A DNA stretch of 64,000 nucleotides from Bacteroidota bacterium (lineage in GTDB: Bacteria > Bacteroidota > Bacteroidia > Bacteroidales > F082). Below are positions 1-8,083 of this stretch, piece after piece (position 1 is the first letter of the stretch; each line of letters begins with the position of its first letter). The DNA lies in assembly GCA_018830105.1 (NCBI GenBank), contig JAHJTC010000014.1:107716-171715 (forward strand), given 5' to 3'. The position numbers and the translations under genes were made by a program. Below the pieces are notes generated by a model. That model saw nothing but the letters and a program-made list of their open reading frames with translations, was not told where the DNA came from and ran no database searches.

Positions 1-280
1 GCTTGCGTCCAATTTTTACTCCATCTCCCAAATCAATTTCAGTGTCGTAAACCCGCCATTTTTTTGAAACCAGCTTGTAGGCATCCGAAACCCGATGAAT
101 ATCAATAATGCCGGGGAGCTGGCCAATCCGCCTGATATCAAATTCTGCTTTTCCTACGGCGATCAAAAAGTTGCCGCTTTGCGTTTTTACAGCGTTGGTT
201 TGATAGCCTATTTGGTTTACGGTTTTTTTTATCTGGGCGATTTCGGAAGTTTTTACATTTTTTTCGAGTTGTATGATCAT
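1..280 (-). CDS. aroF: 3-deoxy-7-phosphoheptulonate (DAHP) synthase, N-terminal part (partial, runs off window start)
   Basis: Not in the ORF track because it is truncated. My translation is MIIQLEKNVKTSEIAQIKKTVNQIGYQTNAVKTQSGNFLIAVGKAEFDIRRIGQLPGIIDIHRVSDAYKLVSKKWRVYDTEIDLGDGVKIGRK. It resembles the N-terminal ferredoxin-like/ACT regulatory domain plus linker (..YKLVSREF..DTVIDLGD.KIG) of Thermotoga-type class I-beta DAHP synthases. The ATG at 280-278 overlaps the trpA stop at 279-277 (ATGA). Confidence 0.65.
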   Translation of the reverse strand, partial: MIIQLEKNVKTSEIAQIKKTVNQIGYQTNAVKTQSGNFLIAVGKAEFDIRRIGQLPGIIDIHRVSDAYKLVSKKWRVYDTEIDLGDGVKIGRK

Positions 281-1056
281 AGAGGTTTGTTTTTTAGATT
301 GTTGAAGAATTCAGAAACACCCAGATCAGCTTTTTTTTCATCAAGCTGCCGGATAAAGGCACTTCCGATGATGGCACCTTTAGCAAACTGTTGAATGGTA
401 GCAATTTGCTCTTGACTATTGATGCCAAAACCGACCATTACCGCTTGTTTTAAATGGAGGGATTGAAGGCGTTTGAAGAAAGCAAGGTGTCCGGTGTCGA
501 AGCCTTTTGTGCTGCCTGTTGTGGAAGCGGACGAAACGGCATAGATAAATGAGCTGCTCAGCTTGTCAATATAGTGGATGCGTTCATCGCTACTTTGAGG
601 GCTTACCAAAAAAATTAGGGGGATTCCGCTGTCAGTAAATTGTTTGCGATAGTGTCGCTCATAAATTTCGGGAGGCAGATCGGGTAAGATTAAACCGTTG
701 ATGCCACATTTTTTAGCCTCATGCAAGAATTTTTCCAGGCCAAATTGTAAAACAGGATTAAAATATCCCATTAATATCAAGGGTTTTCTGGTGTGTTTTC
801 GCGCTTGTTTAAGTTGACTAAAAAGCAATTTGAGATTCATGCCATTTTGCAGCGCTTTACGACTGCTTTCCTGAATCACAGGGCCATCTGCCAGGGGATC
901 GCTAAATGGTATGCCGATTTCAATGATATCAATGGGTTGTTTATCAAGTAATTGAATCAATGTTTCTGTCGATTCGAGCCTGGGATAACCAGCAGTGAAA
1001 TATATGGCAAGCAGCCCATTTTTATTGTTTAATGTTTGCTGAAGAAGTTCATTCAT
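277..1056 (-). CDS. trpA: tryptophan synthase alpha chain
   Basis: 259 aa with typical TrpA motifs (YFTAGYP, EIGIPFSDPLADGPVIQ, GFGI). 8-nt overlap with trpB. Confidence 0.95.
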   Translation of the reverse strand: MNELLQQTLNNKNGLLAIYFTAGYPRLESTETLIQLLDKQPIDIIEIGIPFSDPLADGPVIQESSRKALQNGMNLKLLFSQLKQARKHTRKPLILMGYFNPVLQFGLEKFLHEAKKCGINGLILPDLPPEIYERHYRKQFTDSGIPLIFLVSPQSSDERIHYIDKLSSSFIYAVSSASTTGSTKGFDTGHLAFFKRLQSLHLKQAVMVGFGINSQEQIATIQQFAKGAIIGSAFIRQLDEKKADLGVSEFFNNLKNKPL

Positions 1057-2254
1057 TGCGCAGGTGTTTTTGGTAAGTATCCATATCTTTATCGCCTCGG
1101 CCTGAAAGGTTTATTACAACAATTTCATTTTTTTGAAAGCTAAGTTTCTTAAGTGCTGCCAACGCATGAGCCGATTCCAAAGCAGGAATTATGCCTTCAA
1201 GCATGCTCAGCTCGAATGCTGCTTCAAGGGCTTCTTTGTCTGTGGCGTGCAAGTATTTCGCGCGGCCGGTATGGAACAGATAGGCGTGTAGGGGGCCAAT
1301 TCCCGGATAATCAAGTCCGGCCGAAATGGAGTGTGGTTCGGTGATCTGTCCGTCAGAGGTTTGCATCAGCGGAATCATGCATCCGTGCAAAATTCCTTTT
1401 GATCCCAGGTGTAAGGTGGCTGCTGACTTACCGCTCTTTAGTCCCAATCCGGAAGCTTCCACACCGATAATATCCACTTTTTCGTTATTGATAAAATGAA
1501 AGAAAGCGCCGGCAGCATTGCTTCCCCCGCCAACACAAGCAATAATTTTATCGGGGGCATCACATTGGTAGTTGTGTTGCAATTGTTTAATGATTTCTTC
1601 GCTGATTACGGCCTGAAACCTGGTTACCAGATCGGGATAGGGGTGAGGGCCGATGGCAGAACCTATGATATAATGTGTGCTCTCCGGATGGCTGATCCAA
1701 TCGCGAATGGCTTCGTTTGTGGCGTCTTTTAGTGTTTGGCTACCGCTATTGGCAGGTCTTACTTCTGCGCCCAGCATTTGCATACGAAGCACATTTGGAA
1801 GCTGGCGCTGCATGTCTTTAGCGCCCATATACACCACACATTTTAGTTGCATCAAAGCACAAACTGTTGCTGTAGCCACGCCATGCTGGCCGGCACCGGT
1901 TTCGGCTATGATGCGTTTTTTTCCCAGTCGCTTGGCGAGGATGATTTGCCCAATGGTGTTGTTGATTTTATGGGAGCCTGTATGGCTGAGGTCTTCACGT
2001 TTGATTAATATTTTTGCACCATATTTTTTTGAGAGGTTTTTGGCCTCATAGAGCGGTGTTGGGCGCCCAACATAATCACGCAAGAGCTTGTTGTTCTCTT
2101 GTTTAAAGCTTTTATCGGCGAGTAGATGCTTGTAATTGGTCTTTAATTCGAGCAAATTTTTCTGCAGCATTTCAGGAACGAAAGCTCCACCAAAATCGCC
2201 ATAAAATCCGTAATTATCCGGATGGTTTTGTAGTTTATTGCTGCTTGATGTCAT
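1049..2254 (-). CDS. trpB: tryptophan synthase beta chain
   Basis: 401 aa with GDFGGAFVPE, the PLP-lysine region HTGSHKINN, and GGGSNAAG. Confidence 0.97.
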   Translation of the reverse strand: MTSSSNKLQNHPDNYGFYGDFGGAFVPEMLQKNLLELKTNYKHLLADKSFKQENNKLLRDYVGRPTPLYEAKNLSKKYGAKILIKREDLSHTGSHKINNTIGQIILAKRLGKKRIIAETGAGQHGVATATVCALMQLKCVVYMGAKDMQRQLPNVLRMQMLGAEVRPANSGSQTLKDATNEAIRDWISHPESTHYIIGSAIGPHPYPDLVTRFQAVISEEIIKQLQHNYQCDAPDKIIACVGGGSNAAGAFFHFINNEKVDIIGVEASGLGLKSGKSAATLHLGSKGILHGCMIPLMQTSDGQITEPHSISAGLDYPGIGPLHAYLFHTGRAKYLHATDKEALEAAFELSMLEGIIPALESAHALAALKKLSFQKNEIVVINLSGRGDKDMDTYQKHLRNE

Positions 2255-2867
2255 GGATGAATTTTTTTAATATGCTGATGTTTTTAAGCCCGGGTTTTAT
2301 TTCAAAACGACTATTAAGATCTATTCCAACCATTCCGGGGTGGTCTATTTCTTGTATTTTGCTGGCGTCTTCAACTGAAATTCCTCCGCTAAGGAAAAAA
2401 CCCGTTGTCGAAATGTAGTGCTTTAACCACTGCCAATTGAACGGTATTCCGCTGCCTCCTCCAAGCTTGCTGGCGGTATCGAAAAGCAGAAAATCTACTA
2501 CCTCCCCATAGGAGGTTGCTGTTTGAAAATCGTCCTCAGTGCTTATTGAGATGGTTTTTATCAGCTGAAATCCTTGGTTCTTATAGTGGGTGCAAGTTTT
2601 AACAGATTCATTGCCATGTAATTGCAGCCATTTTATGGCGTGTTTTTTTGCAAGGAAAGTTAAACGCTCTTGCTGCATATTCTTTGTTACCAATACCTTT
2701 TCTGCTTTGGTGGGCACGCGGAGTAGCTGTGTTTCTTTTAGATGCCTTGGGGAGGCTTCATGGATGATGAAACCCAAATAGTCAACGCCCAGCTGATCAA
2801 TGTCTTGCATGTTTTGCAGCGAGCCCATGCCACACACCTTAATTTTTATCTTATCAAGATTGTTCAT
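2235..2867 (-). CDS. trpF: phosphoribosylanthranilate isomerase
   Basis: 210 aa. KVCGM start motif and LQLHG, positioned between trpC and trpB. Confidence 0.9.
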   Translation of the reverse strand: MNNLDKIKIKVCGMGSLQNMQDIDQLGVDYLGFIIHEASPRHLKETQLLRVPTKAEKVLVTKNMQQERLTFLAKKHAIKWLQLHGNESVKTCTHYKNQGFQLIKTISISTEDDFQTATSYGEVVDFLLFDTASKLGGGSGIPFNWQWLKHYISTTGFFLSGGISVEDASKIQEIDHPGMVGIDLNSRFEIKPGLKNISILKKFIHDIKQQ

Positions 2868-3678
2868 GGCATTTGTCTTTTGTGTTTTGGAGGGCTTTCA
2901 CTTCCTGAATAAATTTGCGGCAGGCTATCTCGGGGCGTACTTGCTGCATAAAGTGTTCACCGATTAGAAAACCTTCATAGCCGGCCGCTTTAAGCTGAAC
3001 GACTGTTTGCGGATCTTTTAATCCGCTTTCGGCTACCTTAACCATTCCCGCCGGAAGCTTTTTGGCCAGTTCAAAAGCTGTTTCGACTTGGGTTTCCATT
3101 TGCTGAAGATTGCGGTTGTTTACACCGGCCAAAAACCGGTCGTCACAGATTTTATCCAGTTCATGCTCATGATGGATTTCCAGCAGCACTTCCATTCCCA
3201 GGGTCATTGCCAGCTCACCAAATCGCCGTATTTCTGCTTTGCTCAATGCTGATGCTATCAGCAGTATGGCGTCTGCACCTATTGATTTTGCTTCGATAAC
3301 CTGATATTCGTCGATGATAAAATCTTTGCGCAAGATAGGACAGTAATTGTACTTACGCGATGTGATCAGATCCTGGTTTTTGCCTCCAAAAAACGATTCA
3401 TCCGTAAGTACCGATAAGGCAGAAGCTCCGGCCTGCATATAACCGATGGTAGTCCGTTCAACAGGGGCGTAAGGATTAATAGCGCCACGAGAAGGCGATT
3501 GCCGCTTGAATTCAGCGATAATGCCTGTGAGATCCGGACGGCAGATATATTTTTTAAGCGATAGAGGCAGTGTCTTGAAATAGATACTTTTCTCAAGCAA
3601 TTTGATTGGATAGAGGCTTTTACGCTCATCCAGCTCAGTACGTTTAGTGCTAATTATGCGATCGAGGATAGTGTTCAT
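2854..3678 (-). CDS. trpC: indole-3-glycerol phosphate synthase
   Basis: 274 aa with IIAEFKRQSPSRG, LSVLTDESFFGG and PILRKDFIIDEYQ motifs. Confidence 0.93.
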   Translation of the reverse strand: MNTILDRIISTKRTELDERKSLYPIKLLEKSIYFKTLPLSLKKYICRPDLTGIIAEFKRQSPSRGAINPYAPVERTTIGYMQAGASALSVLTDESFFGGKNQDLITSRKYNYCPILRKDFIIDEYQVIEAKSIGADAILLIASALSKAEIRRFGELAMTLGMEVLLEIHHEHELDKICDDRFLAGVNNRNLQQMETQVETAFELAKKLPAGMVKVAESGLKDPQTVVQLKAAGYEGFLIGEHFMQQVRPEIACRKFIQEVKALQNTKDKCHEQS

Positions 3679-4667
3679 AGGTTTATTTCAAGTAGTTTTT
3701 TAAAAATTTGAAAAGCTTTTTTGTCTTGCAGCGACTCGCGGGCACGTGCTACACTGTCGATAAGACTTTCGTTGTGAAAGTGTTGCAAGGCAAGTGCAGC
3801 GTTTGCGATTACCGTATGTTGCTGAGCTTCGGTACCTTGTCCTTTAAGAATCGTTAGAAATAGTTGTGCTGCTTCAGCGCTGTTATTGCCACCAATGATG
3901 GCGGTGGGTTGGTTTTCAGAAAGTCCGAAATCCGAAGGGGAAAGCCAATATTCCTGATTGGTTTTCAAAACCCTTGTTTCTGCAGTAAGCGTGCATTCAT
4001 CATAGCCGTCAAGGCTATAAACAATGGTGGCTTCCTGCTCTCCGCGCTGAAAGATATATTGGTATTTGCGCGCAATTTCCAGGTTGAAAACACCGCTCAG
4101 CTGATAGGTTGGTTTTGCGGGATTGACCAGTGGACCAAGCATATTGAAGAAAGTTTTTACGCCTAATGCACTTCTTACCGGTGCCACAGTTTTCATGGAA
4201 GGATGAAAAAGCGGTGCATGCAAAAAACAGATACCGGCCTGGTCTAATTCCTTTTGCAGCTGACTTTCTTTATTCGTAAAACGGTACCCAAGGGCTTCCA
4301 GCACATTGGATGAACCGCTTACAGATGAAACACCGTAATTGCCATGCTTGATCACTTTCTGCCCGGCGCCTGCTACCACAAATGCTGTTAAAGTGGAAAT
4401 ATTAAAGGTGTTTTTGCCATCACCGCCAGTGCCACACAAATCAATTGCCGGCTCTGATGTTAGTTTTAGTGGGATACAAAGTCCGAGCAGGGCATCTCTG
4501 AATCCGCTGAGTTCTTCAACAGAGGGGGGGCGCATGATAAATGCCGTCATAAATGCTGCTATCTGTGGTTGGTTGTATTGCCCGGCTGTTATGCGAATCA
4601 AGACGTCTCTGGCTTGATCATAGCTCAGCTGCTGATATTGAAACAGTTGATCTAATATTGCTTTCAT
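3675..4667 (-). CDS. trpD: anthranilate phosphoribosyltransferase
   Basis: 330 aa with DLCGTGGDGKNTFNISTL and KHGN motifs. ATGA overlaps on both sides. Confidence 0.95.
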   Translation of the reverse strand: MKAILDQLFQYQQLSYDQARDVLIRITAGQYNQPQIAAFMTAFIMRPPSVEELSGFRDALLGLCIPLKLTSEPAIDLCGTGGDGKNTFNISTLTAFVVAGAGQKVIKHGNYGVSSVSGSSNVLEALGYRFTNKESQLQKELDQAGICFLHAPLFHPSMKTVAPVRSALGVKTFFNMLGPLVNPAKPTYQLSGVFNLEIARKYQYIFQRGEQEATIVYSLDGYDECTLTAETRVLKTNQEYWLSPSDFGLSENQPTAIIGGNNSAEAAQLFLTILKGQGTEAQQHTVIANAALALQHFHNESLIDSVARARESLQDKKAFQIFKKLLEINL

Positions 4668-5278
4668 TTGCTATGCTGTGTTGAGGTGCTGTTTTTAGTA
4701 ATTTTTGTTTTGCCTGTCTTGAGCCAATTCTGAATAATCATTTCACCCTCAGGCGTTAAGATCGATTCAGGATGGAATTGCACAGCACATAAATCATGGG
4801 TTTTATGCTGAATAGCCATGATCTGGTGGTTTGCATCTTCCGCCGTAATTTCAAGACAATCGGGTAATGTATCCACATCAGCAACCCACGAATGGTAGCG
4901 TCCTGCAATAAATGTGGGACTAAGTCCGGCGAGTATATAGCTGTTCCTGATTATGTTAACAGGAGTTGCCACACCATGAACAACATGGGGAAGGTTGTAG
5001 AGTTTGCCGCCATAGACTGACGCGATGGCCTGCAATCCAAGACAAACACCAAAAATGCTTTTTGAAGGAGCATACTTCTCGATGAGTTGCATCAAAATGC
5101 CTGATTCCTGCGGTAAACCGGGGCCGGGCGAAAGCATTATTTTATCGTACTCAGCCACCTTGTCCAAGCTGATTTTGTCGTTGCGGAACACCTCAACAGT
5201 GGCCTTGCTGTTTTCGGTAAGCAGCTGAACCAGATTGTAGGTAAAAGAGTCGTAATTATCTAAAACGAGAATTTTCAT
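4664..5278 (-). CDS. trpG: anthranilate synthase component II (glutamine amidotransferase)
   Basis: 204 aa. MKILVLDNYDSFTYNL, GVCLG (nucleophile Cys) and FHPES triad motifs of class-I GATase TrpG/PabA. Confidence 0.9.
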   Translation of the reverse strand: MKILVLDNYDSFTYNLVQLLTENSKATVEVFRNDKISLDKVAEYDKIMLSPGPGLPQESGILMQLIEKYAPSKSIFGVCLGLQAIASVYGGKLYNLPHVVHGVATPVNIIRNSYILAGLSPTFIAGRYHSWVADVDTLPDCLEITAEDANHQIMAIQHKTHDLCAVQFHPESILTPEGEMIIQNWLKTGKTKITKNSTSTQHSK

Positions 5279-5288
5279 AGCAAAGGTT

Positions 5289-6671
5289 TTATTTTTCCGG
5301 TTGATTGATGGCTTTCATAAGTGCGGCAAGCTTGTTATTGACTTCCTGAAGCTCATTTTCTTCGTTGGAAGCTTCTACAATGCCGGCACCTGCCTGAAAA
5401 CTTAACACATTGTTTTTGCTCAAAAAGCTACGGATCAGAATAGCCAGATTTATATCGCCGTTTAGTCCGATAAATCCTGCTGCGCCGCCGTAGTAGCCTC
5501 TTTTTGAAGGTTCATACTTGTCGATAAGCTGCAAGGCGCGATGTTTTGGGGCGCCACTTAATGTTCCGGCAGGAAAGGTGTCGGCAACAACATCCAGGGG
5601 ATGGTTTTCGGGGCGGAGCTGTCCGCTTACTTTAGAAACCAAATGGATCACATGACTAAAATACTGCACCTCTTTGAGTTTATCAACCTTTACCGCGATG
5701 CAGCTGCGGTTTAAATCGTTACGTGCCAAATCCACAAGCATGGCGTGCTCGGCATTTTCTTTGGGGTCGTTGAGGAGTTTTTGCGCCAACTGACGGTCTG
5801 CTGCATCTTCTCCGCTGCGGCGGTAGGTGCCGGCAATGGGATTTAAGCTGGCGCTGTTTGAAGCTATCTTTAGCTGACTTTCAGGAGAGGAACCAAAAAG
5901 CCGGAATTTTCCAAAATCAAAATAGAAGCCATAGGGTGAGGGATTTATCGTGCGAAGCCGTCGATAGACCTGAAAATCATCGCCCTGATAATCAATTTGA
6001 AATCTACGCGACAGCACCAATTGAAACACATCGCCCCGGCGGCAATGATGGCGTGCTTTTCCTGCCATCGCCAGGAATTGATCATCAGTAAGGTTAGAGC
6101 GCAGACTTCCTTTTGTTTGAAATGGATAGGCAGTGGATGTGCTTATCTGAATGCGATTTAGCAGCTGATCCAGTTTGGATGACTCACCATCAGGAAGGTA
6201 TTCACTCAGCTGCATGGTATCGGTGTAATGATTGATTTTTATCACATAGCGAAAAAGCGAAAACTGCAGGGCAGGAATAGCAAAATTGCTATCTGTAGGG
6301 CTTTGCAGTTCGATATCCTCCATAAATTCAATGGCGTCGTACCCAAAGTATCCAAAAAGCCCATCGGTATTTTCTTTTTCAGAAAGTTCGAAGCTGTTCA
6401 GGTAGCTTTTTAAATGTTGTAAAACGGCTTTGGGTTCCTGTAGCAAAACTGTTTTCTGCGATTTTCCCTCATGTATTGTAAGCCGCTTTTCTTCGAGGTT
6501 GATGCTGCTAATGGGTTCCAGACAGATAAAGCTCAAGCTGTTTTGTGCCGATTGGTAGTCAGAGCTTTCGAGCAGTAAAGCTCCTGGATAAATATCTCTG
6601 AGCTGAAGGTATAAACCAACAGCAGTATGCAAATCTGCCAGGCTTTGATGCCGTTTAACCGTTATTTTCAT
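5289..6671 (-). CDS. trpE: anthranilate synthase component I
   Basis: Chorismate-binding family motifs (LLESS, GAPKHRA, RGYYGGAAGF, AGAGIV). I moved the start to the internal ATG (MKITVKRHQS, 6671). The 40-codon upstream extension of the tracked ORF runs through an intrinsic terminator. Confidence 0.92.
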   Translation of the reverse strand: MKITVKRHQSLADLHTAVGLYLQLRDIYPGALLLESSDYQSAQNSLSFICLEPISSINLEEKRLTIHEGKSQKTVLLQEPKAVLQHLKSYLNSFELSEKENTDGLFGYFGYDAIEFMEDIELQSPTDSNFAIPALQFSLFRYVIKINHYTDTMQLSEYLPDGESSKLDQLLNRIQISTSTAYPFQTKGSLRSNLTDDQFLAMAGKARHHCRRGDVFQLVLSRRFQIDYQGDDFQVYRRLRTINPSPYGFYFDFGKFRLFGSSPESQLKIASNSASLNPIAGTYRRSGEDAADRQLAQKLLNDPKENAEHAMLVDLARNDLNRSCIAVKVDKLKEVQYFSHVIHLVSKVSGQLRPENHPLDVVADTFPAGTLSGAPKHRALQLIDKYEPSKRGYYGGAAGFIGLNGDINLAILIRSFLSKNNVLSFQAGAGIVEASNEENELQEVNNKLAALMKAINQPEK

Positions 6672-6727
6672 TGGATTTAGGTATTTGAATTGAGTTTTTT
6701 GAGCTTCATTTATTAAAATTTTGACAA

Positions 6728-6759
6728 CAAAAAAGGCCTGCCGCGAACGACAGACCTTT
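6728..6759 (-). terminator. intrinsic terminator of the trp attenuator
   Basis: Minus strand reads AAAGGUCUGUCG-UUCG-CGGCAGGCCUUUUUUU. This is a 9-bp stem (three G-U pairs) with a UUCG tetraloop and a U7 tract. It lies 33 nt after the leader-peptide stop and about 55 nt before the trpE ATG. Confidence 0.75.
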
Positions 6760-6792
6760 GATTTATTTTGTACAAATACAAGCAGGGTCACA

Positions 6793-6858
6793 TCACTTCA
6801 TCAGCTCTATGCTTAATGAATGACGCCACCACCAGAATTGATTTGCTTGTTGAATCAT
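6793..6858 (-). CDS. trpL: trp operon leader peptide (21 aa, MIQQANQFWWWRHSLSIELMK)
   Basis: Hand-translated from the minus strand: ATG ATT CAA CAA GCA AAT CAA TTC TGG TGG TGG CGT CAT TCA TTA AGC ATA GAG CTG ATG AAG TGA. It has three consecutive Trp codons (6826-6834), an in-frame stop upstream, and a terminator downstream in front of trpE. Confidence 0.75.
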   Translation of the reverse strand: MIQQANQFWWWRHSLSIELMK

Positions 6859-6862
6859 GCCG

Positions 6863-6870
6863 CAAAAATA
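6863..6870 (-). promoter_or_regulatory. candidate Bacteroidota -7 promoter box (TATTTTTG) for the trp leader
   Basis: Minus strand reads TATTTTTG CGGC ATG. It matches the TAnnTTTG consensus. Only 4 nt separate the box from the leader ATG. Confidence 0.3.
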
Positions 6871-7035
6871 ATTTTATTTTGTAAGGAGACAACTTTTTTT
6901 AATTTTTTTTTCGCAATTTATTTTATCCCAGTGAAAATAAGCATAGTGCACTGTATAAGGAAATCTAACTTAGATCAATCAAAAATTTCTGTGGGGAAAC
7001 AGCCTAAATCATTGATAGTATATTTTAAAATTGTT

Positions 7036-8049
7036 TTAAGTCTGATCCTTTTCATTGATGATTTCCTGTAATGCTTTTGCCCAGTAATCTTCATCGTTCA
7101 AACTTGCAACAAGCTGTAACCTCTGTCCGCCATGCTGCCTGAAAAGTGCATTGTATTCAACACCAATTTCAATGCTGGTTTCCAAACAGTCAGTAACGAA
7201 AGCAGGCGCAACCACCAGCAATTCTTTAACCCCCTTTCTAGCGAGTTCAACGATCTGTTCATCGGCGAAAGGCCTGAGCCATTTTTTTGTTAGGCGCGAC
7301 TGAAAGGCAATGCTGGATTTAGTTTCAGGAATATTACATGCGTTTTGGAGCAAACGTGTTGTAGCAAAACAAGTGGCGCGATAACAATATTTTCCATGTG
7401 CAGGAAATTCAAGATGGCAGTTGCATTTTTCTATTGTCGTATGCGGATGGATGCGACTGATATGCGATTCGGGCAAGCCGTGATAGGAAAATAGCACGTG
7501 ATCAAACAATTCCGGTTTATAAGCTTGAATTTTTTGCTGAAAAGCACCAATAAATGCTGGATGATTATAAAACTGTCCAATGATTTTCAAACTTGGAATT
7601 ACATCCCAGTTTTTAATAACACGCAAACAGTCCTCGCTAACGGTACCTGTTGTAGATTCAGCATATTGTGGGTACATGGGCACGATGATTATTTCGTCCG
7701 GTTGCTGCAACCGCACTTGTTCCAGTACCTTTTTTATTGAAGGATTTCCATAGCGCATAGCAATTAAAATACGGGTTTCGGCCCTGCTTTTAGCTTGCAT
7801 TTTCTTTGCCAGATTAGCAGTGATATAGCGCAGTGGTGAGCCGTGTTGTGTCCACAATTGCTCATAAAGCTTTGCTGATTTAGGAGCACGAAAAGGTGCG
7901 ATAATCAAGTTTACCAGCATCCAACGTGGTATGGCAGGAATATCTATTACTCTTCGATCTCCAAGAAATTCACGCAAATAAGTCCTTACATCTTTCGTTT
8001 TCGGAGAGTCAGGTGTGCCTACATTAATGAGGATAATTGCACGCTGCAT
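7036..8049 (-). CDS. hemH: ferrochelatase
   Basis: 337 aa. MQRAIILINVGTPDSP start, FSYHGLPE and other typical ferrochelatase segments. Confidence 0.93.
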   Translation of the reverse strand: MQRAIILINVGTPDSPKTKDVRTYLREFLGDRRVIDIPAIPRWMLVNLIIAPFRAPKSAKLYEQLWTQHGSPLRYITANLAKKMQAKSRAETRILIAMRYGNPSIKKVLEQVRLQQPDEIIIVPMYPQYAESTTGTVSEDCLRVIKNWDVIPSLKIIGQFYNHPAFIGAFQQKIQAYKPELFDHVLFSYHGLPESHISRIHPHTTIEKCNCHLEFPAHGKYCYRATCFATTRLLQNACNIPETKSSIAFQSRLTKKWLRPFADEQIVELARKGVKELLVVAPAFVTDCLETSIEIGVEYNALFRQHGGQRLQLVASLNDEDYWAKALQEIINEKDQT

Positions 8050-8083
8050 ATTTCATTCTTTTTAATTAGTAGAAGAGAAACTC

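Noticed and set aside
95-394. 99-aa plus-strand ORF
   Set aside because: It is antisense to the DAHP synthase N-terminus and the trpA C-terminus, both of which have clear family similarity.
5289-6791. Full 500-aa version of the trpE ORF starting at 6791
   Set aside because: The first 40 codons (MTLLVFVQNKSKVCRSRQAFF...) run through the attenuator terminator (6728-6759) and have no similarity to TrpE. The internal ATG at 6671 gives a normal N-terminus.
6820-7071. 83-aa plus-strand ORF in the hemH-trpE spacer
   Set aside because: It is low-complexity and AT-rich (FFNFFFAIYF). It is antisense to the trp leader peptide and promoter region and overlaps the hemH 3' end. The attenuator on the other strand explains the region better.
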